Positions 1-8,507 are shown, counted from the first letter of the stretch. The stretch: 34,807 bases of DNA from a virus (IMGVR_UViG_3300033067_000317:1-34807), one strand, 5' to 3'. The notes: generated from the sequence alone by a model not told the origin. Program-made: numbers and translations.

Positions 1-252
1 CGGGTCGTTGGGGTTAAGTTGACGGGCGATCTGCTGACGAGCGCTGATCTTGACCAGCTCGGGGTCCTGCGCACCCAAAGCGCCGCCAATCGCGCCGCCC
101 AGCATGTTGGCCCCACGATTGATGGAAAACTGCGCCTGCTGGAACGGGTCGAGCCGGGCAAACTGCATTGCCTGCGCATTGATGCGGTCCTGCTGCTGCT
201 GTTGATACATCTGCGGCGTCACGCCGAACAGAGATTGGACGATTTCTGCCAT
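1..252 (-). CDS. 5' part (84 codons) of an internal virion/DNA-ejection protein; continues across the window junction into 34807..33776
   Basis: ATG at 252 preceded by AAGGAG; open to position 1 (MAEIVQSLFGVTPQ...QLNPNDP) and joins in frame to ASIQQAIA-MLQQSG at the right end; Q/A/G-rich; lies among ejection genes. Not in the ORF track. Confidence 0.8.
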   Translation of the reverse strand, partial: MAEIVQSLFGVTPQMYQQQQQDRINAQAMQFARLDPFQQAQFSINRGANMLGGAIGGALGAQDPELVKISARQQIARQLNPNDP

Positions 253-262
253 GTCTTACTCC

Positions 263-1330
263 TTAGAACCCGAAGTTTTGCGCGGCCAACATCTGCGCCT
301 GCTGAGTCTGCGGGTTGGCAAAAGCCCCGGCCAAATACTGGCCCTGCTGACCATACGCGCCTTGCGGCGTGCCGCCAAACGAGTTGAACTGATTGGCCAG
401 CGCATTGGTCAGCTGCGTGTTCTGGCTCAGGCCAGACAGCGCGTTAGCGAACGGGTTGTAGGCGTTGGCTTGGAACGACTGTTGTGACGGCATGTTGCCG
501 GTCAACAGCGCCTGTGCACCAGCAGCGTTTGCGTTGCGCCCGCCCAACTGAGCGCCGATGTCCAAGGGTGCTTGGCCGAGCGTCTCCAGACCCGCAGCAC
601 CTTGCAGATAGGCTTGGTATGGGCTAAGCGCCGCAGCCTGGCCACCGTAGCCCTGCGTCAGCAAGTTGCCGCCCGTGCCGAACAGACCCGCGCCGAACGC
701 CACCTGCTGCTGCCCGGCCTGCTGCGCCTGCGCTGCCAGAGCTGCGTCCTGCTGGGCCAGCGCGTTGTAGTACGCCTCCATCTCAGGGTTGGCCGCGCCG
801 AGACCTGCTGCGCCGCTTGGGCGCTCGCCTGTCGCACCCACGGACAGACCGCCACGGCCTGTCTGGAACAGTTGGTTCTGGAGCTGCGCGAACTGACGCT
901 CACGGCTAGGAGCCAGCAGGTTCTGCTGCGCGCTCATGTACTGCTGCGCAGCTGCCTCTGGCGACTGGGCGAGGTACTGCTGGCCGAGGCCGAACAGACC
1001 CTGCGCTGCACCTTGCAGCGGCGCGAACTGCTGCTGCGCTGCTTCAGCTTGCGACAGACCACCCCCCGCTAGGCCCAAGAAGCGGTCTTGCATGGCCGCC
1101 AGTTGGGGGTCGAGCGTGTAGCTGGCCCCAGACACGCGGCCTTGTGGGTCGGTCTGGAACTGAGACTGACCGAAGCGGGTGGTGATGCCCACAGGGCGGA
1201 AGCGCGACTCCTCGGCCGCAATGCGTGCGGCTTCTGTTTGTGCGGCTGCTTGTGTACGGGCTGCGCTGCGGGCAGAACTGCCACCAAGCAAACCACCTAA
1301 AAGTGCACCGCCTGCTGCGATAAATGGCAT
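263..1330 (-). CDS. internal virion / DNA ejection (pilot-like) protein
   Basis: Start at MPFIAAGGALLGGLLGG after a GGAG RBS; Gly/Ala-rich hydrophobic N-terminus then A/Q/G-rich body typical of podovirus ejection proteins; follows the tail genes. Confidence 0.7.
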   Translation of the reverse strand: MPFIAAGGALLGGLLGGSSARSAARTQAAAQTEAARIAAEESRFRPVGITTRFGQSQFQTDPQGRVSGASYTLDPQLAAMQDRFLGLAGGGLSQAEAAQQQFAPLQGAAQGLFGLGQQYLAQSPEAAAQQYMSAQQNLLAPSRERQFAQLQNQLFQTGRGGLSVGATGERPSGAAGLGAANPEMEAYYNALAQQDAALAAQAQQAGQQQVAFGAGLFGTGGNLLTQGYGGQAAALSPYQAYLQGAAGLETLGQAPLDIGAQLGGRNANAAGAQALLTGNMPSQQSFQANAYNPFANALSGLSQNTQLTNALANQFNSFGGTPQGAYGQQGQYLAGAFANPQTQQAQMLAAQNFGF

Positions 1331-1331
1331 A

Positions 1332-1625
1332 TCAAACTCCAATCAAAACGTCGTCCACTTTTGACGGGTCTTTCTCGTCAGTGGCGTGAATACAAAACCA
1401 AACGCAGTCCGTGATGGCCTTGACGCCGTGCGTCAGACCAGCCTTGATCTCTATGCAGGCCGGGGCCTCGATCACCTCAATCTCGTCGCCCTTCATCACC
1501 GCCACCTTGCCCGCAGCCAGGATCGACAGGTGGCTGAAGTCATGCGTGTGCTTCAGGATGGCCGTGCCAGCGGGGATCACCGCTTGTTTGGCGTACAGCC
1601 CATCGCTGAAGTGGTGCGTGATCAT
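1332..1625 (-). CDS. RmlC-like cupin domain protein
   Basis: 97 aa; HTHDFSH...G and H-G-V-K-A metal-binding cupin motifs; ATGA overlap with the tail fibre gene. Confidence 0.75.
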   Translation of the reverse strand: MITHHFSDGLYAKQAVIPAGTAILKHTHDFSHLSILAAGKVAVMKGDEIEVIEAPACIEIKAGLTHGVKAITDCVWFCIHATDEKDPSKVDDVLIGV

Positions 1626-2389
1626 GAAATTCTCAAAAATAGACTAACAGCGCCAGAGGCTGTCCCGGTTGTCTCTAAATAACCCATCACTCGCCAAGTT
1701 CCTGAAGGTGTCCCACTTGAACCCGATGCACCTGCGTTAGTTGAAGAATACTGTAATTCTGACCCTGAAACCGTAGCACCAGCAGCCAAAGACCCAGAGC
1801 CGCTGACCCTGCGGCATAGTGCATAAGTCCCAATCGCGCCCACAGAAACGCCTGCGGTGGCGGTTGCTACTTGCGCTGTGGTGGTGGTTGTTACTGTCGC
1901 TGCATTACCTGTGATGTCAATACCCCAAGTGCCAGAAGCACCAGTACCTGTTTTGGTAGGGGCGTCGTCGGCAATTTGCGCCACGACAAACGCAGTGGTA
2001 GCCACTTGCGTGGTGTTGGTGTTCGCCGCTGCTGTCGGAGCCACTGGGGTGCCTGTCAGCGTCGGACTGGCCAGCGTTGGGCTGGTCAGCGACTTGTTGG
2101 TCAGCGTAGCCGTGGCGGTGCGCTCGGCTGTGATCGCTGCGGTTGTAAACGCAGTAGTCGCCAACGCGGTGGTGTTGTTGCCCGCACTTTGCGTTACGCC
2201 AGTGGTGCCTGTTGGCAGCGACGGCGTACCCGTGAACGTGGGGGACAACAGGTCAGCTTTGGTCGCCACAGCCGTGGCGATGTTGTTGAACTCGGTGTCA
2301 ATCTCGGTGCCCTTGACGATCTTGAGCGGGTCACCAGAAGGCAACGAGTCCTTGGTCGCAAAGTTGGTGCTTTTGGTGTAATTACTCAT
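1622..2389 (-). CDS. short tail fibre / tail needle-like protein
   Basis: N-terminal virion-attachment motif (EIDTEFNNIATAVATKAD); two SPT.TGTP..PT...NTT..ATTAF fibre repeats; Thr/Gly-rich; C-terminal GTWRVMG tip. Confidence 0.75.
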   Translation of the reverse strand: MSNYTKSTNFATKDSLPSGDPLKIVKGTEIDTEFNNIATAVATKADLLSPTFTGTPSLPTGTTGVTQSAGNNTTALATTAFTTAAITAERTATATLTNKSLTSPTLASPTLTGTPVAPTAAANTNTTQVATTAFVVAQIADDAPTKTGTGASGTWGIDITGNAATVTTTTTAQVATATAGVSVGAIGTYALCRRVSGSGSLAAGATVSGSELQYSSTNAGASGSSGTPSGTWRVMGYLETTGTASGAVSLFLRIS

Positions 2390-3930
2390 GATATTTTTCC
2401 GTCTTTGGACTGAATCTCAATCCGTTGAATGGACAGAGGTGCGCCGCTGATGTTCGACTCGTAACCTGTCTGAACGATTTTACCGCTCCCCGACGCTTGG
2501 ACCGACAAGGTATTCAAAGCTACGCCTTCTGAATACTCGGCAATGCCGTACTCGCCGACGCCGTACTCGGAGATCCCCTGCGAAGGGATCAGCGCGTTGG
2601 CCGATTGGTAGTTGGTGCGGAAGTCAAAGCCCCACTTGATCGTCACAAACTGGTTGGTGCCGCCGATTACCACCGCCTTCAGCCGCTTGAGGATCGACGT
2701 GACGTTCTGGTTGCCCAGATCCGCGTGGTTCGTGTAGTACTGCATCCGGTAGCTAGATGTGTGGTCCCGGTATGTGCTGTACTTGCCGATGTAGCCGTTC
2801 TTGCCGATCAACACATCGCCGTTGCGCCGCGCCAGCAGCGCCGTGGGCTCAATCGAGTCCCAGTTCGTCACGCGGAACGCGCCGTCTTGCAGTTGCGTGC
2901 GGGTGTCAAAGCAGTACACCTCTTTGACCGATGGCAGCGTCAGCAGGTAGAACGCCTCTGTCTCGGAGTAGACCGACTTGATGTTGGCCAGATTCTCCCC
3001 GGCCACAATGCCCATCAGGTCATTGCGCACGTTCTTGGACAGGTCGCCCAGAGGGGCCGACTTCTCGATGATCGTGCGGGCAAACGAGCGTACACCCGAG
3101 TTGGACAGGAACAGCACGTCCTTGCCTGTGGACTGGATGGAGTCGCGGGCGATGCAGCCTATCCCCCCTACCGTGTCGGACAGCGACATGGTGGACGGCG
3201 TAGTTGCGTTGGCGTAGACCAGAATCTGGCGCTTGCCAAAGATGATCAGGAAGCCGTTGTGAGCCGCCAAGCCCTGCACCTCATCCGGTCCATTGGGCCA
3301 AACGCGGTCCACGTTCAGTGAGCCTGCCGTGCCGGTACTCCAGACATGGCCGGACAGCAGGTCGGAGAAGTACACCACGTTCTTGTTCGTAGCGGTGTTG
3401 GCCGCCCACAAGCGACCGAAGGCGGAGATGACGATGTTGGCAGACGGCACCGTGCCGACATAGCCCGACTTCTCGCTCACGCGGGTATATTTTGTGGTGT
3501 CAACGACAGGGTCGTAGATCAGCGGGTCGTGGCCTGTCTGGAAGAAGTACGTGACGCCGTTGAGCGACGCGCAGGACCAGTTGTTGGCGGTGATTGTCGG
3601 CGCTGTACCCCCGCCCCCGTAGGTCAGTTCAAGTATGGTGTTGGTGGGCCTGAGTTTGAGCAGCTTGTTGTTGCCAGAAAACAACAGCGTAAGCGTGCCG
3701 TCCGACTCCACTAGCTCATGAATGACACCGACATCATTGGCTAGCAAAGGGCCTGTTGCGACGTTGACGCGAGCCCATCCCTTGCGCGCGCCGATGCGCC
3801 CGTACTGGTCAATGACGCAGTTGGTGGCGACCAGCGCGAAGCCGGACGCCAAGTCCAGAGGGCTGTCTTGCGTGTTGAGGCCGAAGAACCCCGGCGCTGC
3901 AACACTGGCGGTCTGGATAGCCTGGCTCAT
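2386..3930 (-). CDS. tail nozzle / packaged-DNA stabilization protein (P22 gp10 / tail tubular B-like)
   Basis: 514 aa beta-rich; N-terminal GLNT.DSP motif; directly after the adaptor gene. Confidence 0.75.
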   Translation of the reverse strand: MSQAIQTASVAAPGFFGLNTQDSPLDLASGFALVATNCVIDQYGRIGARKGWARVNVATGPLLANDVGVIHELVESDGTLTLLFSGNNKLLKLRPTNTILELTYGGGGTAPTITANNWSCASLNGVTYFFQTGHDPLIYDPVVDTTKYTRVSEKSGYVGTVPSANIVISAFGRLWAANTATNKNVVYFSDLLSGHVWSTGTAGSLNVDRVWPNGPDEVQGLAAHNGFLIIFGKRQILVYANATTPSTMSLSDTVGGIGCIARDSIQSTGKDVLFLSNSGVRSFARTIIEKSAPLGDLSKNVRNDLMGIVAGENLANIKSVYSETEAFYLLTLPSVKEVYCFDTRTQLQDGAFRVTNWDSIEPTALLARRNGDVLIGKNGYIGKYSTYRDHTSSYRMQYYTNHADLGNQNVTSILKRLKAVVIGGTNQFVTIKWGFDFRTNYQSANALIPSQGISEYGVGEYGIAEYSEGVALNTLSVQASGSGKIVQTGYESNISGAPLSIQRIEIQSKDGKIS

Positions 3931-4574
3931 ATGGCAACGAACTCTTGCTGCTCTGGAAAGCGTGTGCTCTCCAAAGCAATGTAGTCGGCCAGCATACTGC
4001 GGTAGAGCTGGTACGCCTCGGAGCTGCTTGTGCCGCCGTCCTCACCACGCTCGACCAGAGCGCGGGCGTAGGCGTTTTGCACGACCAGCGCGTCCGGCAC
4101 CAGCACCAGCGTGTTGTCTTCGGCAAGAGGGGCCTGCGGCACGGTCAGCGAGAAGGGGATCGTATAGACGTTATCTGGGCGGGCGTACAGTACCACCTTG
4201 GTGTCGCCGTTGCCGTCTACGCCGTCAAACGAATAGTACTCAGGGATGCCGCTGATCGCAGGCACCAGGTTCTGAAAGCGGTTCATCTGCACAAAGCTGA
4301 TGTTCTGCATTCCGACGTTGGCAGTCACGTTGAGCACGTCAGCAACCTGAAACTTCTGGCCTGCGCCAGTCAGCGAGTAGATGTAGGTGCCGGGCGTTGT
4401 GGTGATGGTCACGGTCTGGCCGAGCACATTCCAAGCGTAGGCATCTTCGATCTGGCGCTTGGCGTCATTGACAAAGCGCCCGATCAGGGCGGAGTAGGTT
4501 GTCTCGCTGTTGCTAGAGACCTGAGTCTCACGCAGCCTGACCAGCACGTCGTTGATGAGTTGGAGGTAGGTCAT
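3927..4574 (-). CDS. head-tail adaptor (tail tubular protein A-like)
   Basis: MTYLQLINDVLVRLRE...FVNDAK...W pattern typical of podovirus adaptors; synteny. Confidence 0.75.
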   Translation of the reverse strand: MTYLQLINDVLVRLRETQVSSNSETTYSALIGRFVNDAKRQIEDAYAWNVLGQTVTITTTPGTYIYSLTGAGQKFQVADVLNVTANVGMQNISFVQMNRFQNLVPAISGIPEYYSFDGVDGNGDTKVVLYARPDNVYTIPFSLTVPQAPLAEDNTLVLVPDALVVQNAYARALVERGEDGGTSSSEAYQLYRSMLADYIALESTRFPEQQEFVAI

Positions 4575-4903
4575 TGGCGTGTCAACCCTATTTCTTCAAA
4601 GGTGGCGATGATGGCAAACGCGCTCGTTGTCTCTGTTGTGATCCGAAGCTGGTCACCTTCTTCAAACACGACATATGCGTTGTCAAACTGCGTGTATGCC
4701 TTGGCAACGTAGGGCACTGCTGTCAGGATGTCGATTGAAGCGTTGGCGCTCACGTCGTACCACTGCACGGTAATGAACTTGTTGTTGCCAGTCGTGTTGT
4801 GAATATACAACAGGTTGAACTTGGCGTAGTACCCCGTCGGCACCGTATAGACGGTGGTCATGACGCCCGAAGCGAGCGTAAGGCCGACGGATATTGGTCT
4901 CAT
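4571..4903 (-). CDS. small beta-rich virion protein
   Basis: Start moved to ATG 4903 (ATGA overlap with the upstream stop); TTVYTVP...VFEEGDQL motif seen in small phage structural proteins. Confidence 0.6.
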   Translation of the reverse strand: MRPISVGLTLASGVMTTVYTVPTGYYAKFNLLYIHNTTGNNKFITVQWYDVSANASIDILTAVPYVAKAYTQFDNAYVVFEEGDQLRITTETTSAFAIIATFEEIGLTRQ

Positions 4904-5193
4904 TTCTTGTTCCTGGCTGAGATGGCCTTGGCTTTTGCCTTGGCGTCCTCTTTGGACGATGCACCCCAAGCCTTCAGAGACAAGAGCAGCCGGGTGGGCT
5001 TGCCGTCTTTCATCTCAGGCCCAGGCATATTGCCCATGCGTGCTAAGAAGGAGGCCCTTCGAGGGTTGTCGCCCGACTTCACGGGTGCTTTCAGATCGCC
5101 CCCGGTTGACGCATTATAAGACGCCCGGCCCTTGGCGTTCAAGCCGCCGGTCTTGGACTGTCCTTCTTTGCGCTGCCAGGCAGGGGTCTTCAT
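4900..5193 (-). CDS. basic conserved phage protein (DUF6321-like)
   Basis: AWQRKEG...GGLNAKGRASY...RRASFLARM motif; Lys/Arg-rich. Confidence 0.7.
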   Translation of the reverse strand: MKTPAWQRKEGQSKTGGLNAKGRASYNASTGGDLKAPVKSGDNPRRASFLARMGNMPGPEMKDGKPTRLLLSLKAWGASSKEDAKAKAKAISARNKK

Positions 5194-5342
5194 TTTTTGG
5201 CCTTTTTGGCTGTCTTGGCCGCCTTCTTGAAGTCAGCAGCAGTGGGGGCCGCCTTAGAGCCGACCTTGTTCATCTTCTCGCCAGAGCCAGCCTTGATGCG
5301 GGCCTGCTTAGCTCGAATGTTGCTGTACAGGCCGGGCTTCAT
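5190..5342 (-). CDS. 50-aa Lys-rich protein
   Basis: MKPGLYSNIRAKQARIKAGSGEKMNKVGSKAAPTAADFKKAAKTAKKAKK; ATGA overlaps at both ends; below the ORF-track cutoff. Confidence 0.75.
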   Translation of the reverse strand: MKPGLYSNIRAKQARIKAGSGEKMNKVGSKAAPTAADFKKAAKTAKKAKK

Positions 5343-5491
5343 TTCTTCTTCGCCTTGCCTGCTTGCGACAGCGCAATGGCGACTGCCTGCTTCTTGGACT
5401 TGACGACAGGACCGCCCTTGCCCGAGTGCAGGCCACCGGCCTTGAACTCGCGCATGACCTTGCTGATCTTCTTCTCGGCTTTGGTCTTCAT
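5339..5491 (-). CDS. 50-aa Lys-rich protein (DUF6496-like)
   Basis: MKTKAEKKISKVMREFKAGGLHSGKGGPVVKSKKQAVAIALSQAGKAKKK; VM.EFK.G.LHSG...QA.AIALS motif; ATGA overlaps. Confidence 0.75.
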   Translation of the reverse strand: MKTKAEKKISKVMREFKAGGLHSGKGGPVVKSKKQAVAIALSQAGKAKKK

Positions 5492-5631
5492 TTCTTGTTC
5501 GCCTTGTTGGTGGCCGTGCGGCCGCCGCGCTTGGGCATAGGCTTGGGCTTGCCGACAGCCACCATGACGGTGATCGGCATGGCCTTCTTGGCCTTCTTGG
5601 AATCGGTCATCTTGGGTGCTTTGCCGTACAT
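5488..5631 (-). CDS. 47-aa Lys-rich protein
   Basis: MYGKAPKMTDSKKAKKAMPITVMVAVGKPKPMPKRGGRTATNKANKK; AAGGAG RBS upstream; ATGA overlap downstream. Confidence 0.7.
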   Translation of the reverse strand: MYGKAPKMTDSKKAKKAMPITVMVAVGKPKPMPKRGGRTATNKANKK

Positions 5632-5641
5632 AACGTGCTCC

Positions 5642-5860
5642 TTAGATTGTCACTTCCGCCGCCGCTCTGCGCGGGCGACCCATGCGTTTGACTGGCGCTG
5701 AGGCCGTCATAGGCAGCTCTTTGCTGTCCTCTTGGGCCTGGATAGCTTCACCTTGCTCATCGACCCGCACGTAGCCGCCGTGGCCCTTCATCGAGTCAAT
5801 GTCGTGTTGCTGCGTGAACGTCACCGTATTACCACTCACCAAACACCGAAATGTAGCCAT
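5642..5860 (-). CDS. hypothetical protein with C-terminal KRMGRPR (AT-hook-like) motif
   Basis: 72-aa ORF in the late operon; basic GRP motif. Confidence 0.6.
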   Translation of the reverse strand: MATFRCLVSGNTVTFTQQHDIDSMKGHGGYVRVDEQGEAIQAQEDSKELPMTASAPVKRMGRPRRAAAEVTI

Positions 5861-5879
5861 GATTTTCTTTCAGTTGAGA

Positions 5880-5895
5880 GGGGGCCTAGGCCCCC
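5880..5895. repeat. perfect GC palindrome/hairpin after the 5901..6224 stop
   Basis: GGGGGCCTAGGCCCCC; no U-tract. Confidence 0.6.
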
Positions 5896-5900
5896 CGTCA

Positions 5901-6224
5901 TTACACAGACCGGCCAATAACCAGTTGCAGCGTTGTAGACGCCAAGTCAACAGCCCCAGCAGTGGGGTTGTAGGTCACGATTGTCACCACGTTAGCAGCC
6001 GAAACGTAAGCTCGTTTGACCAAGCCAGCCTCGTTGACGCCGTGGGAAAAACCCAGCACCATGTCGCCCAGAGCGACGCCGGGCACAGCCACCGTATCGG
6101 TAGCCGTGGCGCCAGCGCTCACTGATGCGGCGTCAAGCGTGCAGGTGACGTCCCATGTGTCCGTGAACAAGCCACGGAATTGGTCATTTCCCCGACGGGA
6201 AGTAATTGCGGTTGCAGCAGCCAT
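5901..6224 (-). CDS. putative capsid decoration/cement protein
   Basis: 107 aa beta-rich (VAVPGVALGDMV...AYVSAANVVT...N); immediately after the major capsid gene; AAGGAG RBS. Confidence 0.65.
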   Translation of the reverse strand: MAAATAITSRRGNDQFRGLFTDTWDVTCTLDAASVSAGATATDTVAVPGVALGDMVLGFSHGVNEAGLVKRAYVSAANVVTIVTYNPTAGAVDLASTTLQLVIGRSV

Positions 6225-6235
6225 TTGAATCTCCT

Positions 6236-6273
6236 TAAAAAGACACCCCCCGGCCTAAGCCGGGGGAGGGGTC
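6236..6273 (-). terminator. intrinsic terminator/attenuator after the major capsid gene
   Basis: 8-bp GC stem 6247-6254/6259-6266 with UUAG loop, extendable by GAC/GUC, followed by U5 on the minus strand. Confidence 0.6.
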
Positions 6274-6274
6274 A

Positions 6275-7249
6275 TTAGGCTGGAACAGCCAAAGCGAAGG
6301 CAGCGGATGCGTCAGCAGCAGTGCTTGTGGCGTTTGTGCGCAAAGCCTTCACGCCGTACAGAGTGTCAGCAGTGAACAGAGTACCGAGGTATTCCTGCTT
6401 GTACTGAGTCTGCGAGCGGATGCCCAACTGCTCAACCAGCACCATAGAATCGCGGTGGCCCATCAAGCAGATACGGTCAGCACCGCTGTTACCAGCGCCA
6501 GTGTCGGCGTTGGAAGTAGCGAACACGGCCATACCGTAGAGCTGACCGATTTCACCGTTGCGGATAGCGTCGCCGTTGCCGACGAAGGCTTGCTCGGTGT
6601 AGCGGGCCAGACCCATCAGGGTGTTGCGGCTCGAAGGAGGGATCAGGAAGAAACGGCCATCCATAGGGATGTCGTTGTCGTCCAGACGCTGGATGGTGCG
6701 GCGGATGGCGGCGTCAGTCAAAGCAGCAGCGTTGGAAGTGGTGCTGTTGTAGGCTGTGGTGCCGTCGGAGCCGACGAAAGCGCGAGTGGCTGTGTTGCTA
6801 GTCGCGTAGTCGTTGGTGCCCACGGTAGCGCCGTTGAAGGCACGGCCCAAGCGAACCAAGTCAGTGTCAATGCGGCGGGCCAAGGCGTAACCAGCGTCTT
6901 CTGTGTAGAAAGAACGCAGCGACGACAGGGCTTGCACTTCGACGATGTCTTCGATCAAGCGGCTGTATTCGTAGTGCTGGTTGATCAGCACTTGAATGTT
7001 GGTTTCGCTGTTGGCGATCAAGGTCACAGCGTCAGTTGCGACTTTGAGCGAAGCGTTGCCACGGGCTGGGCTAGGGATGTTGACGGTGTCGCCCTTCTTA
7101 CCTTTGAAAGACATCTTCTTGACCAGGTTGGCCAAGACAAGGTTCTTCTTGTAAGAAGCAACAATTTCATCAGACCAGATTTCTGGGATGAAACTGGCTG
7201 CGGAGGTGGTGGTTACCGAATTGGTGGGGGAAAAAGCAACGTTTGCCAT
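6275..7249 (-). CDS. major capsid protein (HK97 fold)
   Basis: 324 aa; FIPEIWS, GDTVNIP, YALARRID, G.IG.LYG..V and D.LYGVK motifs; follows the scaffold; strong codon bias. Confidence 0.9.
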   Translation of the reverse strand: MANVAFSPTNSVTTTSAASFIPEIWSDEIVASYKKNLVLANLVKKMSFKGKKGDTVNIPSPARGNASLKVATDAVTLIANSETNIQVLINQHYEYSRLIEDIVEVQALSSLRSFYTEDAGYALARRIDTDLVRLGRAFNGATVGTNDYATSNTATRAFVGSDGTTAYNSTTSNAAALTDAAIRRTIQRLDDNDIPMDGRFFLIPPSSRNTLMGLARYTEQAFVGNGDAIRNGEIGQLYGMAVFATSNADTGAGNSGADRICLMGHRDSMVLVEQLGIRSQTQYKQEYLGTLFTADTLYGVKALRTNATSTAADASAAFALAVPA

Positions 7250-7269
7250 GTGAAAACTCCAAAGTTAAA

Positions 7270-8001
7270 TTATCGAACACGTCCTTCAGAGTACGCCTGC
7301 ATGATTTCATCACTCAGTGTTTCGTACCTTGTCGGATCTGTCATCTTGAGACGAATGAGGTCGGCTCGTCGGTAGACTTTCTTTGCACTCTCGCCAGAGC
7401 CACCCACATCAACCTGCGCTGCTTTCATGCTCTTAGCCCGGCTGACGTCAGACGCCTGCTCAGACTGTTTCGCCTTGATGCCGCGAAGCTGCTTGAAGGT
7501 GGACAACAGCTCGTTCGCTGAATCGTAGTCAAACTCACCGTCAGCTTTTGCGTAGAGGCCCACACGTACAGGTGAAGATTTCACCCAGTTTTGGAACTCA
7601 GAATCGTTGACCACTTGGGAGTAGTCAGGGTGATCCTGCGCCAGCTTCTGCTGAATTTGCATCCGTTTGAACTCAAGACCGGCTTGCCGGGCTGCGAGCA
7701 CATCGGGGTGCTTGTCGATTGTCGCTTGAACTGCTTTTTGAGGGTTCTCAAAAAAGTCAACTTCAGGTTCTTCCTCTTGAATACGCTGCTGCTTAGAACT
7801 GAGGTTTTGCTTGAGCAACTCGTCAGCCAATTTACGGACCTCGCCGACCTCCTGGGCCTGCTTGCCAATCAGCTTTTCAGCCTCTTGGTGCATCCGCACG
7901 ACTTCTTCAAGACTTTTGGCCCTGTATTTCTCAGGAAGTTCTTGCTTCGTCTCTTCTACTTCGAGTTCGCCTAGCGGCTCAGATTCATTTTCAATCAACA
8001 T
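7270..8001 (-). CDS. capsid scaffolding protein
   Basis: Acidic coiled coil; LPEKYRAKS...HQEAEKLIG and C-terminal AYSEGRV motifs; directly upstream of the capsid gene. Confidence 0.8.
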   Translation of the reverse strand: MLIENESEPLGELEVEETKQELPEKYRAKSLEEVVRMHQEAEKLIGKQAQEVGEVRKLADELLKQNLSSKQQRIQEEEPEVDFFENPQKAVQATIDKHPDVLAARQAGLEFKRMQIQQKLAQDHPDYSQVVNDSEFQNWVKSSPVRVGLYAKADGEFDYDSANELLSTFKQLRGIKAKQSEQASDVSRAKSMKAAQVDVGGSGESAKKVYRRADLIRLKMTDPTRYETLSDEIMQAYSEGRVR

Positions 8002-8053
8002 ACTTATGTTCCTGCCAAAATGGTTGTAGGATAATCAACTCGGCGTCTGGCGC

Positions 8054-8281
8054 TTATGAGTTGGCTTTGCGCTCAGCGCTCAACTTCTCTGTGTGTCTGT
8101 GCTCAAACCGTCCGTATGCAGACGGGAAGTGCCCAGACCAACCTTCCAAGTTAAACGCTGGTGCGCTCACGATGCGGCTAGCTGTGCCACCGCATCCACA
8201 CGGCACCTGAGTGGTCTCATACACCACCAAAGCCTCCGTGCGCTGCCCGCAATCGCAGGCAAATTCAAACATTCTTCTCAT
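8054..8281 (-). CDS. FmdB-like zinc-ribbon protein
   Basis: FEFAC.CG...C.CG..A.R.VSAP pattern with four Cys. Confidence 0.7.
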   Translation of the reverse strand: MRRMFEFACDCGQRTEALVVYETTQVPCGCGGTASRIVSAPAFNLEGWSGHFPSAYGRFEHRHTEKLSAERKANS

Positions 8282-8507
8282 TCAAATCCTCGTACGCTCG
8301 TTCGCTGACCCCTTTCAGGGTTTTCAGCCAAGTCAGGATAGAAATCTCGCCTTTGCGAAATTGTAGACTTTTTTCATCCGCAATGGTAGAGACATTGTTC
8401 ATCGCCTCCAGCATCACATCAATATCTTCCATAAGGTCATGCCAACCTTGCTGGGAAAACAGGTCAAACCTGGCCTCGTAGTACTTTTGAAGTTCAGGTC
8501 TCATCAT
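8265..8507 (-). CDS. conserved small phage protein of the head module
   Basis: 80 aa helical (LF...GW..L...L.FRKG); overlaps both neighbours. Confidence 0.7.
   Translation of the reverse strand: MMRPELQKYYEARFDLFSQQGWHDLMEDIDVMLEAMNNVSTIADEKSLQFRKGEISILTWLKTLKGVSERAYEDLNEKNV

Noticed and set aside
6275-6320. T7 10A/10B-style frameshift extension of the capsid protein
   Set aside because: No slippery heptamer near the end; tandem TAA TGA stops followed by a hairpin and a separate RBS.
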